A DNA stretch of 64,000 nucleotides. Origin: Squalus acanthias (taxonomy: Eukaryota). The translations under genes were made by a program, and so were the position numbers. Below, piece after piece: positions 60,697-64,000 of this stretch. Below the pieces are notes generated by a model that was not told where the DNA came from, ran no database searches, and saw only the letters and a program-made list of their open reading frames with translations. The stretch spans positions 131,876,001-131,940,000 of the forward strand of contig CM059432.1 of NCBI GenBank assembly GCA_030390025.1, read 5' to 3'. Position 1 is the stretch's first letter. Every line of letters starts with the position of its first letter.

Positions 60697-63061
60697 CCTC
60701 TGACCTGCTCTTGTTGCCACAGTAATTATGTGGCTGGTCCAGTTAAGTTTCTGGTCAATGGTGACCCCCTGAGGATGTTGATGGTGGGGGATTTGGCGAT
60801 GGTAATGCCATTGAATGTCAAGAGGCGATGGTTAGACTCTCGCTTGTTGGAAATAGTCATTGCCCGGCACTTCTGTGGCGCAAATGTTACCTGCCACTTA
60901 TCAGCCCACGCCTAAACGTCGTCCAGGTCTTGTTGCATGCGGGCATGGACTGCTTCATTATCTGAGGAGTTGTGAATGGTGCTGAACACTGTGCAGTCAT
61001 CAGTGAACATCCCCATTTCTGACCTTATGTTGAAGGGAAGGTCATTGATGAAGCAGCTGAAGATGGTTGGGCCTAGGACACTGCCCTGAGGAACTCCTGC
61101 AGCGATGTCCTGGGGCTGTGATGATTGACCTCCAACCACCACAACCATCTTCCTTTGTGCTAGGTATGACGCTAGTCAGTGGAGAGTTTTCCCTCCGATT
61201 CCCATTGACTTCAGTTTTACTCGAGCTCCTTGATGCCACACTCGGTCAAATGCTGCCTTGTTGTCAAGGGCAGTCACTCTCACCTCACCTCTGGAATTCA
61301 GCTCCTTTGTCCATGTTTGGACCAAGGCTGTAATGAGGTCGGGAGCCGAGTGGTCTCGGCGGAACCCAAACTGGGCATCAGTGAGCAGGTTATTGGTGAG
61401 TAAGTACCGCTTGATAGCACTGTCGATGACACCTTCCATCACTTTGCTGATGATTGAGAGTAGACTGATGGGGCGTTAATTGGCCGGGTTGGATTTGTCC
61501 TGCTTTTTGTGGACAGGACATACCTGGGCAGTTTTCCACATTGTCGGATAGATGCCAGTGTTGTAGCTGTACTGGAACAGCTTGGCTAGAGGCGCGGCTA
61601 GTTCTGGAGCACATGTCTTCAGCACGATAGCCGGGATGTTGTCGGGGCCCATAGCCTTTCCTGTATCCAGTGTGCGCTACCATTTCTTGATATCACATGG
61701 AGTGAATCGAATTGGCTGAAGACTGGCTTCTGTGATGGTGGGGACCTCAGGAGTAGGCTGATATGGATCATTCACTCGGCACTTCTGGCTGAAGATGGTT
61801 GCAAACGCTTCTGCCTTGTCTTTTGCACTCACGTGCTGGGCTCCACCATCATTGAGGATGGGGATATTCATGGAGCCTCCTACTCCCGTTAGTTGTTTAA
61901 TGGTCCGCCACCATTCACGACTGGATGTGGCAGGACTGCAGAGCTTTGATCTGATCCGTTGATTGTGGGATCGCTTAGTCCTGTCTATAGCATGCTGCTT
62001 CTGCTTTTTAGCATGATTGTAGTCCTGTGTTGCAGCTTACTCAGGTTGGCACCTCATTTTTAGGTACGCCTGATGCTGCTCCTGGCATGCTCTTCTACAC
62101 TCCTTATTGAACCAGGGTTGGTCCCCTGGCTTGATGGTAATGGTAGAGTGAGGGATATGTCGGGCCATGAAGTTACAGATTGTGGTGGAATACACTTCTG
62201 CTGCTGCTGATGGCCCACAGCACCTCAGGGATGCCCAGTTTTCAGCTGCTAGATCTGTTCTGAATCGATCCCATTTAGCACGGTGGTAGTGCCACACAAC
62301 ACGATGGAGGGTGTCCTCAGTGTGAAGACAGGACTTTGTCTCCACAATGACTGTGCGGTGGTCACTGCTACCAATACTGTCATGGACAGATGCATCTGCG
62401 ACAGGTAGATTGGTGAGGACGAGGTCAAGTAGGTTTTTCCCTCGTGTTGGTTCTCTCACCACCTTTCGCAGGCCCAAACTGGCAGATATGTCCTTCAGGA
62501 CTCGGCCAGCTTGGTCAGTAGTGGTGCTACCGAGCCACTCTTAGTGATGGACATTGATGTCCCCCACCCAGAGTATATTCTGTGCCCTTGCTACTCTCAG
62601 TGCTTCTTCCAAGTGGTGTTCAACATGGAGGAGTACTGATTCATCAGCTGAGGGAAGGCGGTAGGTGGTAATCAGCAGGAGGTTTCATTGCCCATGCATG
62701 GGGTCCGGAGTCAATGTTGAGGACTCCCAGGGCCACTCCTTCCCAACTGTATACCACTGTGCCCCCACCCCTGGTGGGTCTGTCCTGCCGGTGGGACAGG
62801 ACATACCCAGGGATGGTGATGGAGGAGTTTGGGACATTGGCTGAAAGTTATGATTCTGTGAGTATGACTAGGTCAGGCTGTTGCTTGACTAGTCTGTGGG
62901 ACAGCTCTCCCAATTTTGGCACAAGTCCCCAGATGTTGGTGAGGAGGACTTTGCAGGGTCGACTGGGCTGGGTGTGCCATTGCCTTGTCCGTAGCCGGTG
63001 CCGAGGTCGATGCCGGGTGGTGCATCCGATTTCATTATTGTGTTTTGTAACGGTTTGTTAC
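60697..63061 (-). mobile_element. CR1/L2-superclade LINE (APE-RT), degenerate, 3' end missing
   Basis: APE N-terminus (TNIWGL..VILTES, ~62950-62850) and APE end (NLLDLVLTN..SDH; ORF 62037-62477). RT (QFGFR, AAFDRVWH, GVPQGS, MFTDD; ORFs 61176-61442, 60912-61148). Confidence 0.85.
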
Positions 63062-63352
63062 AACTGAGTGGCTTGCACGGCCATTTCAGAGGGCAGTTAA
63101 GTGTCAACCACATTGCTGTGGGTCTGGAGTCACATATAGGCCAGACCAGGTAAGGACGGCAGATTTCCTTCCCTAAAGGACATTAGTGAACCAGATGGGT
63201 TTTTATGACAATCCGATAGTTTCATGGTTACCATTACTGATACTAGCTTTTTATTCCAGATTTATTTAATTAACTGAATTTAAATTCCCCAGCTGCCGTG
63301 GTGGGATTTGAACTCACATCTCTGGATTACTAGCCCAGTGACATTATCACTA
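63062..63352 (-). mobile_element. tRNA-related (Pol III-like) SINE-type head contiguous with the LINE 5' end
   Basis: Minus strand B-box gagttcaaatccc near 63300-63315. No poly-A/simple-repeat tail between it and the APE coding region. Confidence 0.55.
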
Positions 63353-64000
63353 TGGCCCATTAAATATGGCAATTAAAAACACCAAACCTACTGCCAACAC
63401 AGCTGCACGTTCATAGACTCAATAGCCTGGGCACTTGGGTGACATACATCTCACTCATTCTTTATTCTAACATATGCACCTTTTCTATCTGATTACAGGA
63501 GAAGGTCACACATAACAGGTGCCACCGTCTGCAGACAGAAGGGGTCATCTAAATCTGTGTTCCTTGATTCCCTACATGGAGAGGACACTGGAGATTCTGA
63601 GGCCAATAGAGAAAGTGAGGGATGGGGAGATCAGCGGTTTACTCTGAGCTGATGCTTAGTATTTTCCTTTGCTATTAATTCTTTCTGTCTTTAATCACTC
63701 CCTCATTCTCTTCCTCAGATGCAAACACATACTGCAGCACTGGATCATAACACACCACAGGACCATAATGCATTCCTCTCCCTGCACTGTCCCAGAGCAA
63801 TTTGGGTGCAATGCATCAGAAGTGCACTGTACTATGGCTACATCCACATTGCCCAATCTTCCTGTCAGGCCTAATCTGTGTTGCCCACACCTACACAGGG
63901 CGTACATGGAGGAGCTCTATTTGGTAGTATCTCAGCCAGGGCCGCCACCTCTTAAATTTGTACTACTTTGGCTTGACTCACACTGATGTAGAGTGACGAA

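Noticed and set aside
1..64000. Prokaryotic-type systems (retron, DGR, group II intron, CRISPR) suggested by the many RT ORFs
   Set aside because: All RTs carry eukaryotic LINE or Gypsy signatures; there is no operon structure.

Overview
Eukaryotic (vertebrate) genomic DNA. The CR1/L2/RTE LINEs and DeuSINE-type SINEs point to a cartilaginous fish (shark), which is an inference. Almost the whole window looks like intronic sequence of a + strand collagen gene. Two phase-0 Gly-X-Y exons are visible (9066-9119, 54 nt; 60497-60541, 45 nt), about 51 kb apart; my best guess is a FACIT collagen such as COL21A1, unconfirmed. The rest is nested transposable elements: about 9 CR1 fragments, 2 L2 copies, an RTE LINE, a CR1/L2-superclade LINE apparently headed by a tRNA-like segment, tRNA-derived SINEs, and many PIF/Harbinger-type elements (GGGCTGGATTTT-like TIRs, 3-bp TSDs, Myb/SANT and transposase remnants). 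There is also a young full-length Gypsy LTR retrotransposon with a YLDN RT motif and no canonical tRNA PBS, and a ~600-bp Penelope-type palindrome carrying a minimal hammerhead ribozyme. Most short ORFs in the track are spurious or TE-derived.
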